A program made the position numbers and the translations under genes. A DNA stretch of 64,000 nt from Thermodesulfobacteriota bacterium (GTDB lineage Bacteria > Desulfobacterota_D > UBA1144 > Nemesobacterales > Nemesobacteraceae): contig OZ241855.1 in assembly GCA_965202785.1 (NCBI GenBank), positions 869,088 through 933,087 on the forward strand. The letters run 5' to 3'. The notes beneath the pieces were generated by a model. It saw only the letters and a program-made list of their open reading frames with translations. It was not told the DNA's origin and did no database searches. Below are positions 30,282 to 40,442 of the stretch, piece by piece. Positions within the stretch are counted from its first letter, which is position 1. Each line of letters starts with the position of its first letter.

Positions 30282-31475
30282 TCAACTCAAAAACTGCTTA
30301 AGGTCAGTTAATTTGATTAATCTGGTCCGCGGTTGAGGATGTTCCTTTGCGCGCACCCATCTAAAGCACATCGTGCCGGAAGAATGGCCAGCCGTTTCAA
30401 GCCAATTGGGATGACCGGGATTTTCGTGAGCTATTACCAGGCGCACAGAGCCGTCATTTTCATAGTGGGCAAGGTGCTTGTTAGTATGTATCGTGTGATG
30501 GCGGTAGTCCAGTGATTCCATCCAGTAGTTGTTTAACTGGAAGTTCCAATGTTCGCATTCTGGCGGCATTACTTCTATCAAAAGTGCTTCGTCCTCCGCC
30601 ACTTTCCAATGACTGTGATAGTAAACGATATTGGGGTCACCCCCGGCGGCCAGCGATACTTCCGGATCAAACATTGGCAGTTCGTTGGTGTGTTTCTGAA
30701 AATCACGGGCCCACTTGGCAAACAGCAAGGGTGCGCCCGCTACAAGCGTTCCCGCGGTTTTCAATCCTTCGTCGAGCTGTTTCGGCGTCAATGGAGAAGG
30801 GAGGCGTTCATCTTCGGAACAATTGATCCGTTCTATTCGCAAGTCTGCTGGAGTTTCTGTTTTGCGATCAAGGAAAGTCTGACGTACCACTAATGTGCCG
30901 GTTTCCGGTGTCATAGGAAGCCAGTTACTGCTTTGAGGTTTGCAGCTGAGTATCAGCTCAAAGTACCCATCTTCGTCGGTTTCTATTTGGTCAGATTCTA
31001 TATGCCCGGTGGGAGGCAGCCCTCTTCCTTGCCCGTAATTGCCAGATTGAGTGCCGAAGCTTAAGTATGCAATATTATTGCGCCGACCTGTGATTTTGTA
31101 TTCATACTCGCCGCTCAGACTTGCTGTCTGGTAGAAGTTGTCAGGGTTGTCTGCACCCAGCTTGGTTGTTTCGTTGACGACGCGATGAAGCACAGGTGCT
31201 TTCGGGTCGGCATGCTCGACAAACGCCATCAGCCCGGCCCGGGCGATACGGCTTAAGTACCGATACCCTTCTGCCTGATTAAACGCGTCTTTGGGTGCCT
31301 TTGGAAAATTTAAAGCCGCCCCTGCAGCTTTTAAAGTGTCGCAGAACTCATCCCATGACTTTCCGCTAACTACCCGCTCGGCGGCTAAGTCATCTTCCGT
31401 TTTGCCCCGCAGCTTCCAGATGAAGAGAGATGTCTGTCGGAACAAGGAGAGAAGACGAATTGCGAATTTTCGCAT
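30282..31475 (-). CDS. DUF1254/DUF1214 domain-containing protein (secreted)
   Basis: N-terminal hydrophobic signal-like segment. The overall 397-aa architecture is reminiscent of the DUF1254+DUF1214 pair. Family assignment is from memory, not searched. Confidence 0.45.
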   Translation of the reverse strand: MRKFAIRLLSLFRQTSLFIWKLRGKTEDDLAAERVVSGKSWDEFCDTLKAAGAALNFPKAPKDAFNQAEGYRYLSRIARAGLMAFVEHADPKAPVLHRVVNETTKLGADNPDNFYQTASLSGEYEYKITGRRNNIAYLSFGTQSGNYGQGRGLPPTGHIESDQIETDEDGYFELILSCKPQSSNWLPMTPETGTLVVRQTFLDRKTETPADLRIERINCSEDERLPSPLTPKQLDEGLKTAGTLVAGAPLLFAKWARDFQKHTNELPMFDPEVSLAAGGDPNIVYYHSHWKVAEDEALLIEVMPPECEHWNFQLNNYWMESLDYRHHTIHTNKHLAHYENDGSVRLVIAHENPGHPNWLETAGHSSGTMCFRWVRAKEHPQPRTRLIKLTDLKQFLS

Positions 31476-31710
31476 GGCGTACCTCTAAGCAAAACTGACC
31501 TCATCGCTCGTAGATGTGTTTTTTTGTATTTTCTGGCACACATTTTGTCCGAGAACAATGATTCGTTTTACCCTGTAATGACTTGATAAACATATAAGAC
31601 ACACAAAAAATGGCAATTGTTTTGTCATAGAGATTGCAGAATGAGAAAAAGATTTTCTCGGGATTCTTAAGAGCATGACGGAAAAGGCAGTTTAAATCAA
31701 TCTCGCATCG

Positions 31711-31740
31711 TTGCCCAAAGATGGGATAATAGTATATAAT
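31711..31740 (+). promoter_or_regulatory. Candidate sigma-70 promoter (-35 TTGCCC, 18-nt spacer, -10 TATAAT) upstream of the 31780 ORF
   Basis: TTGCCC at 31711-31716 and TATAAT at 31735-31740 within an AT-rich intergenic region. It shares the 13-mer TATATAATTTCCC with the region upstream of yyaL (1117-1129). Confidence 0.4.
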
Positions 31741-31779
31741 TTCCCAAAATATCCATGTGAATCCTTGGAGGAAAAAACA

Positions 31780-32208
31780 ATGAAAATAATGTCTTGGCTC
31801 GATGCGGAAGATTACTGGTACATGAATTCCCTAAGCGAGCAGAACAAAGAAATAAACTACTACGGCTACGTGATGGATGTCGGAGACGAGGAAGATTCGA
31901 GCAGGATAAAGATCATGGTGGTCGAACTGCAGAGCGTGAAGATGGTGGTGGGATTCATTGTTCCTCTTGACATGGATTTGAGCGGGGAGATAGAGATGGG
32001 TTTTATCTGTCAGGAAAGACCGGATAAGGACATACCCTTTTCGTGCAAACTCTCGGGAGAGGTAAAGAACCTTAGCTACACTGGAGACGACCTCCAGAAA
32101 ATAGAGTATGCTGGCCTTTCGCTTGAAAAGTTCTACCAGAACAAGGGAATAAAATTCTACCTTCTAGACCTTCGCCCGATCTCCGAGCAGAATCAGGACA
32201 TGCCTTGA
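31780..32208 (+). CDS. Hypothetical protein
   Basis: ATG preceded by GGAGGAAAAAAC. 142 aa (MKIMSWLDAEDYWYMNS...). No recognised motif. Confidence 0.45.
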   Translation: MKIMSWLDAEDYWYMNSLSEQNKEINYYGYVMDVGDEEDSSRIKIMVVELQSVKMVVGFIVPLDMDLSGEIEMGFICQERPDKDIPFSCKLSGEVKNLSYTGDDLQKIEYAGLSLEKFYQNKGIKFYLLDLRPISEQNQDMP

Positions 32209-32250
32209 TTAAGCTTTTCATGCGCGAAGAAATACCGGAGTACCAGTAAC

Positions 32251-33453
32251 ATGTCTGAGAAAAAGAAGATAGTTCTCGCCTATTCGGGGGGGCTTGATAC
32301 CTCCGTAATCCTTAAGTGGCTCGTGAACGAGTACGACTCCGATGTTATAGCCTATGTGGCTGACATAGGACAGAAAGAGGACTTGCAGGAGGCGGAGAAG
32401 AAAGCCTGGGATACTGGCGCGTGCGCCGTATTCATCGAAGATCTGAGAGACGAGTTCGTTAAGGATTACGTTTTCCCTGCGATAAGCGCAAACGCCGTGT
32501 ATGAAGGCAGCTATCTCCTGGGAACTTCCATAGCGCGCCCCCTTATCGCGAAAAGACAGATTGAAATAGCCAAGCGCGAGGGAGCCTTCGCAGTTTCCCA
32601 CGGAGCGACAGGCAAGGGGAATGATCAGGTCCGCTTTGAACTTACTTTCTACGCGCTCCACCCCGACATAAAGATTATAGCCCCGTGGCGCGAGTGGGAT
32701 TTCAAATCGAGGACCGACCTGATAAATTACGCCAGGGAAAACGGAATAGACGTTACGGTGACCGAGAAAAAACCCTACAGTTGTGACCGTAACCTTCTTC
32801 ATGTCAGTTATGAGGGGGGTATCTTGGAGGACCCGTGGGCTGAACCTCCTGAGGATATGTTCGAGATGACGGTTTCTCCCGAGGCGGCCCCCGATCAGTC
32901 GGTTTACGTGGAAATCGGGTTTGAAAGCGGCATTCCCGTTTCAGTTGACGGAAAAGAACTTTCTCCATCGGCGCTTCTTGGTTGCTTAAACGATGTCGCC
33001 GGAGCAAACGGCATCGGGAGGGTAGACATTGTTGAAAACAGGTTCGTCGGTATGAAATCAAGGGGGGTGTACGAGACCCCCGGCGGCACGATTCTTCATG
33101 TGGCGCACAGGGCTCTTGAGTCGATTACCATGGACAGGGAAGTAATGCGACTCAGGGATTCCCTGATTCCGAAAATATCGGAACTTATCTACTACGGCTT
33201 CTGGTTTTCTCCCGAGATGGAAATGCTGACCGCCGCCATCCGTCAGAGTCAGAAAGACGTAAGCGGTACAGTAAGGCTTAAGCTTTACAAGGGAACCGTT
33301 ACAGTCTGTGGAAGAAAGTCTCCGAATTCTCTCTACAGCGAGAACTTGGCGACCTTCGAAGAGGATTCGATTTACGATCAGTCGGACGCTACCGGGTTCA
33401 TAAGGCTAAACTCACTCCGGCTTTCCGTAAAAAAACTTCTTGAGGGGGAATAG
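32251..33453 (+). CDS. argG: Argininosuccinate synthase
   Basis: [11 protein letters not shown]-loop motif and a conserved ArgG body; 400 aa. Confidence 0.95.
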   Translation: MSEKKKIVLAYSGGLDTSVILKWLVNEYDSDVIAYVADIGQKEDLQEAEKKAWDTGACAVFIEDLRDEFVKDYVFPAISANAVYEGSYLLGTSIARPLIAKRQIEIAKREGAFAVSHGATGKGNDQVRFELTFYALHPDIKIIAPWREWDFKSRTDLINYARENGIDVTVTEKKPYSCDRNLLHVSYEGGILEDPWAEPPEDMFEMTVSPEAAPDQSVYVEIGFESGIPVSVDGKELSPSALLGCLNDVAGANGIGRVDIVENRFVGMKSRGVYETPGGTILHVAHRALESITMDREVMRLRDSLIPKISELIYYGFWFSPEMEMLTAAIRQSQKDVSGTVRLKLYKGTVTVCGRKSPNSLYSENLATFEEDSIYDQSDATGFIRLNSLRLSVKKLLEGE

Positions 33454-33465
33454 CCCCTTTCGCGG

Positions 33466-34476
33466 ATGAGAACGGATCAATTCGACTATGATCTTCCCCA
33501 GCGGCTGATTGCCCAGTATCCGCTTTCCAACCGCAGTTCCTCAAAGCTCCTTGTGGTTGACAGGGAAACGCAAGGTTTCTCCCACGCCAAGTTTTCTGAT
33601 CTGAGGGACCTGCTCCGCCCCGGTGACCTCATGGTTCTTAACAATACCAGAGTGATTCCCGCGAGGCTTGTGGGACGCGTGGAACGAAGGGGGATCGTCG
33701 AATTTCTTCTTACGGAGAAAAAGAGTGAAACACAGTGGAAGGTGCTTTTTAAGAATCCGGCCGAGGGTCTTAGGGTCTCCCTTGACGGAGGGGTGTCGGG
33801 CAGTCTTGAGAAGGAACCCGATAAAAGCTGGACTATAAGATTCAGCGAACCCGTCGAGCAGATTATCAGCAGCACAGGACGGATGCCGCTTCCGCCCTAC
33901 ATAGCAAGGGAACCCGAACCGTCGGATAAAAAGACCTATCAGACTGTCTACGCAACCGAGGAGGGAGCGGTCGCCGCTCCGACGGCCGGGCTTCATTTCG
34001 ACCCGGAACTTCTCTCGGATCTTTGCGAAAAGGGCATTCTGATGAAATATGTCACTCTGCATGTGGGGGAGGGAACCTTCAGGCCCGTAAAGGATGAGCT
34101 TATCGATAACCATGCAATGCATTCAGAGCGCGTCTCTGTTCCACAGGAGACCGCGGAAGCGGTAAATGAAGCCAAGGCGCAGGGAAGAAGGATTATTTCC
34201 GTCGGGACCACGGTTACCAGAGCCCTTGAGTCGGCAGAGGGGAATGTAGGGGAAATGCGGCCTTTTTCCGGAAGGACGGATCTTTTCATAAGATCTCCTT
34301 ACGAGTTCCGCTTTGTAGATGTTCTTATAACTAATTTCCATATGCCCCGCTCAACCCTTCTTATGCTTGTTTCCGCGTTCTGCGGCACAAGGGAGCTGGC
34401 CCTCGCCGCTTATGAAGAGGCGAAATCGCGCGGTTACAGGTTCTTGAGTTACGGCGACTCGATGATGATAGTGTGA
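33466..34476 (+). CDS. queA: S-adenosylmethionine:tRNA ribosyltransferase-isomerase
   Basis: N-terminus DYDLPQRLIAQYP and a conserved QueA body; 336 aa. Confidence 0.9.
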   Translation: MRTDQFDYDLPQRLIAQYPLSNRSSSKLLVVDRETQGFSHAKFSDLRDLLRPGDLMVLNNTRVIPARLVGRVERRGIVEFLLTEKKSETQWKVLFKNPAEGLRVSLDGGVSGSLEKEPDKSWTIRFSEPVEQIISSTGRMPLPPYIAREPEPSDKKTYQTVYATEEGAVAAPTAGLHFDPELLSDLCEKGILMKYVTLHVGEGTFRPVKDELIDNHAMHSERVSVPQETAEAVNEAKAQGRRIISVGTTVTRALESAEGNVGEMRPFSGRTDLFIRSPYEFRFVDVLITNFHMPRSTLLMLVSAFCGTRELALAAYEEAKSRGYRFLSYGDSMMIV

Positions 34477-34592
34477 GGGGGTTTTTAACCGTGCCCGTCC
34501 TCGGGTTTGTTTTTGTACATTATCAGGCGGAATTGTTATACTCTTGTGGAAAATGTTTTTCTTCAATTAATTTTCCCGGAGGAAAATAGCAG

Positions 34593-35579
34593 ATGGCGAC
34601 AGTAGTTACGGGAGCGACCGGGTTTATAGGATCGCGCATAACCAGAAAACTGGTTGAGAGAGGAGACAGGGTCAAGGTTCTCGTCAGAAAGACGAGCAAT
34701 ACTAAAAACATAGACTCTCTCGATGTTGAGAAGGTCTACGGGGATGTTGGAGATCCGGATTCTCTTAAGGCTGCTTTTTCCGGATGCGATACGCTTTTCC
34801 ATACGGCTGGGTTCGTGTCGTTTAAGAAATCGGATCACCAGAAAATGCTGGATATAAACGTCCGCGGCGCTTCAAACGTTCTCTCCGCCGCCATGGACGT
34901 GGGCGTATCCAAGGTTGTTTTCACAAGCAGCGTAGCCGCCATTGGGGTCGAGCGGGACGGTTCCCCTGTAACCGAATCCACCCAGTACGATCTTTACTCC
35001 GAGGGAATAGGGTACATGAACTGCAAGTATCTCGCGGAAAGGGAGGCAAAGAGCTTCAGTGAAAAGGGGCTTCCAGTGGTTATAACGAATCCTTCGGTGG
35101 TTCTCGGTGCTGGGGACATCTATCTTTCAAGCTCGGGATCGGTTCTGTGGTTCTGCAAGAAAAGATTCCCTGGTTACATGGACGGCACCTTTAACATTGT
35201 CGACGTTGAAGACGTCGCGAACGGACACCTGCTTGCGGAGAAGAACGGAAAGCCCGGAGAGCGCTACATACTCGCAAACGAGAACGTCAATGTGCAAGGT
35301 TATTTTGCCCTTCTAGAAGAAATAACCGGCATCTCTGCTCCCAAAATCAAGATTCCCTACATATTCGCTTACACCACTGCGTTTCTCCTTGAGAGGGTCC
35401 TGGGACTCGGATTTCCGAATTATTCCACACTGGATATCGATTCCATAAAGCTTTCAAGGTTTAACTGGCACGCTGACAATTCAAAGGCCGTAAGGGAACT
35501 CGGATTCACGGTGAGTCCGATCGAACAGACTATACAGAAGACCGTGGAATGGTTCAGGGAAAACGGCTATCTGAAGTAA
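34593..35579 (+). CDS. NAD-dependent epimerase/dehydratase family protein (extended SDR)
   Basis: VTGATGFIGSRI Rossmann motif, Y...K (YMNCKYLAE). 328 aa. Confidence 0.8.
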   Translation: MATVVTGATGFIGSRITRKLVERGDRVKVLVRKTSNTKNIDSLDVEKVYGDVGDPDSLKAAFSGCDTLFHTAGFVSFKKSDHQKMLDINVRGASNVLSAAMDVGVSKVVFTSSVAAIGVERDGSPVTESTQYDLYSEGIGYMNCKYLAEREAKSFSEKGLPVVITNPSVVLGAGDIYLSSSGSVLWFCKKRFPGYMDGTFNIVDVEDVANGHLLAEKNGKPGERYILANENVNVQGYFALLEEITGISAPKIKIPYIFAYTTAFLLERVLGLGFPNYSTLDIDSIKLSRFNWHADNSKAVRELGFTVSPIEQTIQKTVEWFRENGYLK

Positions 35580-35592
35580 AAAAGAGAGAAAA

Positions 35593-36663
35593 GTGGCGGG
35601 AAACAGCTTCGGAAGATTTTTCAGAATTACCACTTGGGGGGAATCCCACGGCCCCGCTCTGGGAGTTATAGTTGATGGCTGTCCCGCGGGACTTGAGCTT
35701 TGCGTCGAGGACATACAGTATGAACTTGACAGAAGGCGCCCGGGGCAGAGCAGGATCACGACCCAGAGAAAGGAAGCCGACGCAATCGAGATACTCTCGG
35801 GTGTTTTTGAAGGAAAAACCCTTGGAACTCCCATATCCATGATGGTTAGAAACACAGACGCCATATCGAAATCCTACGAGGACATAAAGGATGTCTACCG
35901 TCCCGGCCACGCCGATTTCACCTACGACGAGAAATACGGGCGCAGGGACCACCGTGGAGGCGGGCGCTCCTCGGCGCGGGAAACGGTCGGCAGGGTGGCT
36001 GCCGCCGCGATAGCCAAAAAAATTCTTAATTCCCACGGAGTGACTACCACAGGGTACGTAAAGCAGGTGGGAGACATAGTCGCTCAGGACATTGATTTTG
36101 ACCGGATCGAGGAAAACCCCGTACGCTGTCCCGACCCGCAAGCCGCGGAGAGGATGATCGATCTTATAGAATCAGTTAGAAAGGAGGGAGATTCCGTTGG
36201 AGGAACCGTAGAGGTAGTGTCCCAAGGGCTTCCTACGGGTCTCGGCGAGCCCGTGTTTAACAAACTTGATGCGGACCTCGCGCGCTCTCTTATGAGTATA
36301 GGGGGAATAAGGGGCTTCGAAGTGGGGATGGGTTTCGGGGTCGTCGAGAGAAAAGGTTCGCAGGTAAATGATCTCATGTATAAAAAGGAAGACGGAACCC
36401 TCGGCTTCAGAACGAACAACTCGGGCGGCCTTCTGGGAGGAATAACCAGCGGGGCGGACTTGGTCGTGAGAATAGCCATAAAACCCACTTCTTCCATATC
36501 CCAGGTTCAGGACACCGTGGATAAAGAGGGAGAGAAAACCCAATTGCGGGTGAAGGGGAGGCACGATCCGTGTCTTTGCCCCAGGGCGGTTCCAATAGCG
36601 GAGGCCATGGTCAATCTTGTTCTGGTCGATCACCTGCTGATCTCAAAACTGTCGACTATCTGA
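35593..36663 (+). CDS. aroC: Chorismate synthase
   Basis: N-terminus GRFFRITTWGESHGPALG and a conserved AroC body; 356 aa. Confidence 0.95.
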   Translation: MAGNSFGRFFRITTWGESHGPALGVIVDGCPAGLELCVEDIQYELDRRRPGQSRITTQRKEADAIEILSGVFEGKTLGTPISMMVRNTDAISKSYEDIKDVYRPGHADFTYDEKYGRRDHRGGGRSSARETVGRVAAAAIAKKILNSHGVTTTGYVKQVGDIVAQDIDFDRIEENPVRCPDPQAAERMIDLIESVRKEGDSVGGTVEVVSQGLPTGLGEPVFNKLDADLARSLMSIGGIRGFEVGMGFGVVERKGSQVNDLMYKKEDGTLGFRTNNSGGLLGGITSGADLVVRIAIKPTSSISQVQDTVDKEGEKTQLRVKGRHDPCLCPRAVPIAEAMVNLVLVDHLLISKLSTI

Positions 36664-36674
36664 ATTTAACTGTC

Positions 36675-37019
36675 ATGTCGGAACTGTTCAGAATTTACGT
36701 AGGAGAGCAAGAGATATACTCGGGACATCTGGCCGACGTACCTGATTACTACCGCCGCAATCTGGTCGAAGCAATTTCCGAGTGGGGGGAGTGTCTTAGC
36801 AAAAGCGGTTTCAGGGAGCTTCTTTATTCCTCTTTACATTGGTATAACCTGAAGACATATTACTGCGGGGATTGCGAAAAAGAGTCTGATGAGGGGGGTG
36901 CGTGCGGGGACTGCGACGGAGAGTTCTCGGAAACTTTCGTTCATGAAAGGGATCCGGGTATAGACAAGATAATGATGTGCATCGGTTTGATAGACCGCGT
37001 GGAGATGGAGGTTCTTTAG
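36675..37019 (+). CDS. Hypothetical Cys-rich small protein (possible zinc ribbon)
   Basis: The ORF carries CGDCEKESDEGGACGDCDG (CxxC...CxxC). No clear RBS, so the start is uncertain. Confidence 0.35.
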   Translation: MSELFRIYVGEQEIYSGHLADVPDYYRRNLVEAISEWGECLSKSGFRELLYSSLHWYNLKTYYCGDCEKESDEGGACGDCDGEFSETFVHERDPGIDKIMMCIGLIDRVEMEVL

Positions 37020-37033
37020 TTTTTCAGGCTGTC

Positions 37034-37315
37034 ATGAAGTTTCTCGTTAAAGGACACATCTATCCCAAGGCCTGGGAGATCGCCAAAAGCGTTAAGAGGC
37101 TAAGGGAAGAGCGGAAAAAAGTTAACATAGGAAGCGGAACGATCGGCTATACGGTTTACGAGGTTGATCTTCCTGAGCAAACCGTAAAAACGGGAAACTA
37201 CCTTACTACTCCCCAAGGAATACGACTCTACCACAACTCGGGCGACTATTACGGGATCGGTTACCTGATCTCGGAAATAGACAATGACCCGCTTGTCTCA
37301 AAACATTTTTCCTGA
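37034..37315 (+). CDS. Hypothetical small protein
   Basis: A 93-aa ORF following the previous one in a 640-bp gap between aroC and a minus-strand gene. No motif recognised. Confidence 0.3.
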   Translation: MKFLVKGHIYPKAWEIAKSVKRLREERKKVNIGSGTIGYTVYEVDLPEQTVKTGNYLTTPQGIRLYHNSGDYYGIGYLISEIDNDPLVSKHFS

Positions 37316-37969
37316 ATACAGATCCCACAGAGGGACAAGCCGCACTAACAGATCTCGGGTTTCGAGAATAAAAGCGGCAGGATCCGCTGCTACCTCGCTC
37401 GGTTCCCGCGTCTGAAGAGCGCAAAGGTGCGGCCCTTCAAGAAAACTTTCCGCCTTTGCCGGGTCGAGCGTCCGGTCAACTTCGCCATACTTTTTGCACG
37501 CGACCAAATCAATATCAGTTCCGAGGCCGATTTCTTGGGCCAAATTGATGACTCCCTGTGAATCATTTTCAATTTCTTCGGCCATCGGGGCGTCGGGGGC
37601 GAGTAGCGAGGTAGGCACGTAAAGTCCCCGCCATACGCCTTCCGGCTGAAGGCCCAGAAATAATTGAGCGTCAAGTCTTTTGCGCCCCTCTCTGTAAAAA
37701 AGAGCGAGCATGTTGTCTTTGTAGGGACTTTGCCCTTTGGCAAAACGCATGTCCCGGTTTATCCGGGTAATCGTTTTGTTGACGGTGGGGCGGATCTCGC
37801 AGTCTTTGATCACTTCGCGGAGACTGGGACCTATGTCGGCGACGGCTTGGCGCAAGGGCCCGAGGAGGCTTTCCTCGTACCGCCCGCGGTTTTCCTCAAA
37901 CCATGTCTTGTCGCGCGGACTGCTGAGATCCTTTAGAAAACGGAAGGTTTCTGAGGAGAAGCGCTTCAT
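37298..37969 (-). CDS. DUF2461 (TIGR02453) family protein
   Basis: N-terminus FSSETFRFLKDLSSPRDKTWFEENRGRYE matches the conserved DUF2461 opening. Confidence 0.65.
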   Translation of the reverse strand: MKRFSSETFRFLKDLSSPRDKTWFEENRGRYEESLLGPLRQAVADIGPSLREVIKDCEIRPTVNKTITRINRDMRFAKGQSPYKDNMLALFYREGRKRLDAQLFLGLQPEGVWRGLYVPTSLLAPDAPMAEEIENDSQGVINLAQEIGLGTDIDLVACKKYGEVDRTLDPAKAESFLEGPHLCALQTREPSEVAADPAAFILETRDLLVRLVPLWDLYSGKMF

Positions 37970-38027
37970 ATGTGGTGCTGTCCGGCTTCAGTCCGCTTGA
38001 CTTGCGGACGTCACATAGTAACGGCGC

Positions 38028-39167
38028 CTATGCCGTTCCCAACATTTCCGATACCTTGGCAACACCGGCTCCGCCCGTGAAGTCGTGTCCCAAAGATTCC
38101 AAGACGGATTCAAGGGCCGAAACAAACGCTACCATGTCGTTTCGGTCGACGTCTCCTATGTGGGATACCCGGAAGATTTTCCCCTTGGCATGATCCTGTC
38201 CGCCTGCGACGGTCATACCGAATTTCGCTTGAAGCTCGGAGATGATCTTTCCTGCCCCTATTTCTTCGGGTGCTACTCCCACGGTAAGTGCCGGGCTTGC
38301 CGCATCAGTGGTGAAGAGATCTATGTCGATCGCTTGCAGCGCCTGGCGGGTCGCAAGCGACATCATCTCACGTTTTCTGTAAATGTTCTCCATTCCCTCT
38401 TCCATAAATCCCTCTATAACTTTGCCGAGGCCGACTATGAGAGTGACGGCCGGGGTCCAAGGTGTCGTGTTTTTCTGGGCGCTTTTCTGGTAGTCAGCAA
38501 AGTTGAGATAGAACTTCGGGAGGTCCGAGGTCTTGTTGAATTCCCAGGCTTTCTCGCTCATCGCTGCGAATGAAAGCCCCGGGGGGAGCATGAAAGCCTT
38601 CTGCGAACCGCCCACGAGAACATCTATTCCCAGCTCGTCAAACGGGAGAGGAAACACCCCGACGGCGGTTATGCCGTCAACTATCAACAGCACGTCGTCT
38701 CTTTTCGAGGTAATCGCCGCGACTTGATCGGTTGGGTGCTTGACTCCGGTGGAGGTTTCACTTGCCTGCATCAGAACCGCCCTTATCGAGGGGTCGCTGT
38801 CGAGTTTCTCCTCTATGATTGCGGAGGAAACCGCCTCGCCCCAAGTAACGCCTATCTCATCCACTTCTAGTCCGTAGGCCCTTGCGATCTTTCCCCACCT
38901 CTCTCCGAATTTCCCGCCGTTTACCGTGATTACCTTATCGCCTGCGCGGAGAGTGTTCACAACTGCTCCTTCCATGGCGCCGGTTCCCGAAGCCGCCAGT
39001 ATAAAAACTTCGTTTTCGGTCTGAAAAATGTGTTTCAGCCCTTCTCTTGCCCGCTCGAATATAGCTTCGAATTCCTTGGTTCTGTGGTGAATGAGCGGTC
39101 TTGCCATCTCAACCATTATTTCGCTTGAGACCGCGACAGGACCCGGGGTCAGCAGCAATCTTTTCAT
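38028..39167 (-). CDS. Class V aminotransferase (alanine--glyoxylate / serine--pyruvate aminotransferase family)
   Basis: PLP-lysine region VGGSQKAFMLPPG, with LTPGP and GTGAMEG motifs. Confidence 0.8.
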   Translation of the reverse strand: MKRLLLTPGPVAVSSEIMVEMARPLIHHRTKEFEAIFERAREGLKHIFQTENEVFILAASGTGAMEGAVVNTLRAGDKVITVNGGKFGERWGKIARAYGLEVDEIGVTWGEAVSSAIIEEKLDSDPSIRAVLMQASETSTGVKHPTDQVAAITSKRDDVLLIVDGITAVGVFPLPFDELGIDVLVGGSQKAFMLPPGLSFAAMSEKAWEFNKTSDLPKFYLNFADYQKSAQKNTTPWTPAVTLIVGLGKVIEGFMEEGMENIYRKREMMSLATRQALQAIDIDLFTTDAASPALTVGVAPEEIGAGKIISELQAKFGMTVAGGQDHAKGKIFRVSHIGDVDRNDMVAFVSALESVLESLGHDFTGGAGVAKVSEMLGTA

Positions 39168-39319
39168 TTGGTGTTTCTCCTCACATTATTAAAGGATTAA
39201 ATCAAAGCGGATAAAATACCCACAAACCTGCGGCGTTTCAATTGATCCGCATGTCGTTTTTTTGAATTCGCAGGTTATTTGCGTACTATGTTTCGGTGCG
39301 TTCTAAGGAGGTATCTTAG

Positions 39320-40442
39320 ATGAAAGAAGAACTGCGCGGTCTTGTAGAAGACCTCAGAAGCAGAATCCACAGGACAGGAGACTGTCTTTGACCTGCCTTC
39401 CAAGGCTAACAGACTCAAAGAACTTGAAAAAATTACTTCAGGTCCCGGCTTCTGGGACAATTCTGAACTAGCGCGCAAGACGCTTCAGGAACAATCCGAA
39501 ATCAAGGACCGTATTTCGGGATTCGAGAAGCTCCGTTCCGACATGGAGGACGCGGCGTGTCTTTTCGAACTTGCGGTCGGTGAAGACGATCAGGATTCGA
39601 TTGAAGAGGCAGGTAGCATGCTTGCGTCCGTAGAAGCCAGGCTTGCCGAACTTGAGTTCACCCGGATTCTTGGCGGTCCTGACGACGCTCGAAACGCCAT
39701 AGTATCGGTAAACGCCGGGGCGGGGGGGACAGAAGCTCAGGACTGGGCCGAGATGCTTCTTCGCATGTACCTTCGGTACGCGGAGAGAAAGGGGTTTTCA
39801 GCGAAACTGCTTGAGACTCAGGACGGAGAGGAAGCCGGCATAAAGAGCGCCACTATTCTTGCCCAAGGGGGGTTTGCTTTCGGTTATCTCAAGGCGGAGA
39901 CCGGGGTTCACAGACTGGTGAGGATATCCCCGTTTGACTCGAATAAAAGGAGGCACACGTCGTTCGCCTCGGTTTTTGTTTCTCCCGAGATAGATGATTC
40001 AATAGAGGTGAACATAGAGGAAAAGGACCTCAGGATTGACACTTACCGTGCGAGCGGAAAGGGCGGACAGCACGTTAACAAAACGGATTCCGCGGTCCGC
40101 ATCACCCACCTGCCCACCGGAGTTGCGGTCAGCTGCCAGAACGAGAGGTCGCAACGCCAGAACAAGGAAAGTGCCATGAAGATACTCAAGGCAAGGCTCT
40201 ACGAACTGCGCAGGATGGAGGAAAAACAAAAAGAAGATGAACTCAATTCTTCGAAAAAGGAAATCGGCTGGGGAAGTCAGATAAGATCGTATGTCATGCA
40301 CCCCTATCGCATGGTGAAAGATCACCGTACCAATTTCGAGTCCTCAGGGGTTGATGCGATACTTGACGGAGAGATAGATGATTTTATAGAATCGTATCTT
40401 TTGCATGATGCGACTGAAAATCCAGGGGAGGAAGCGACTTGA
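39320..40442 (+). CDS. prfB: Peptide chain release factor 2, with a programmed +1 ribosomal frameshift: join(39320..39388, 39390..40442); coordinates +/-1
   Basis: The short frame-0 ORF MKEELRGLVEDLRSRIHRTGDCL ends at an in-frame UGA, within the canonical AGGAGA-N4-CUU UGA C shifty site. The +1 frame continues DLPSKANRLKELE...GPGFWD and carries the SPF and GGQ (GKGGQHVNKT) motifs. Confidence 0.9.
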
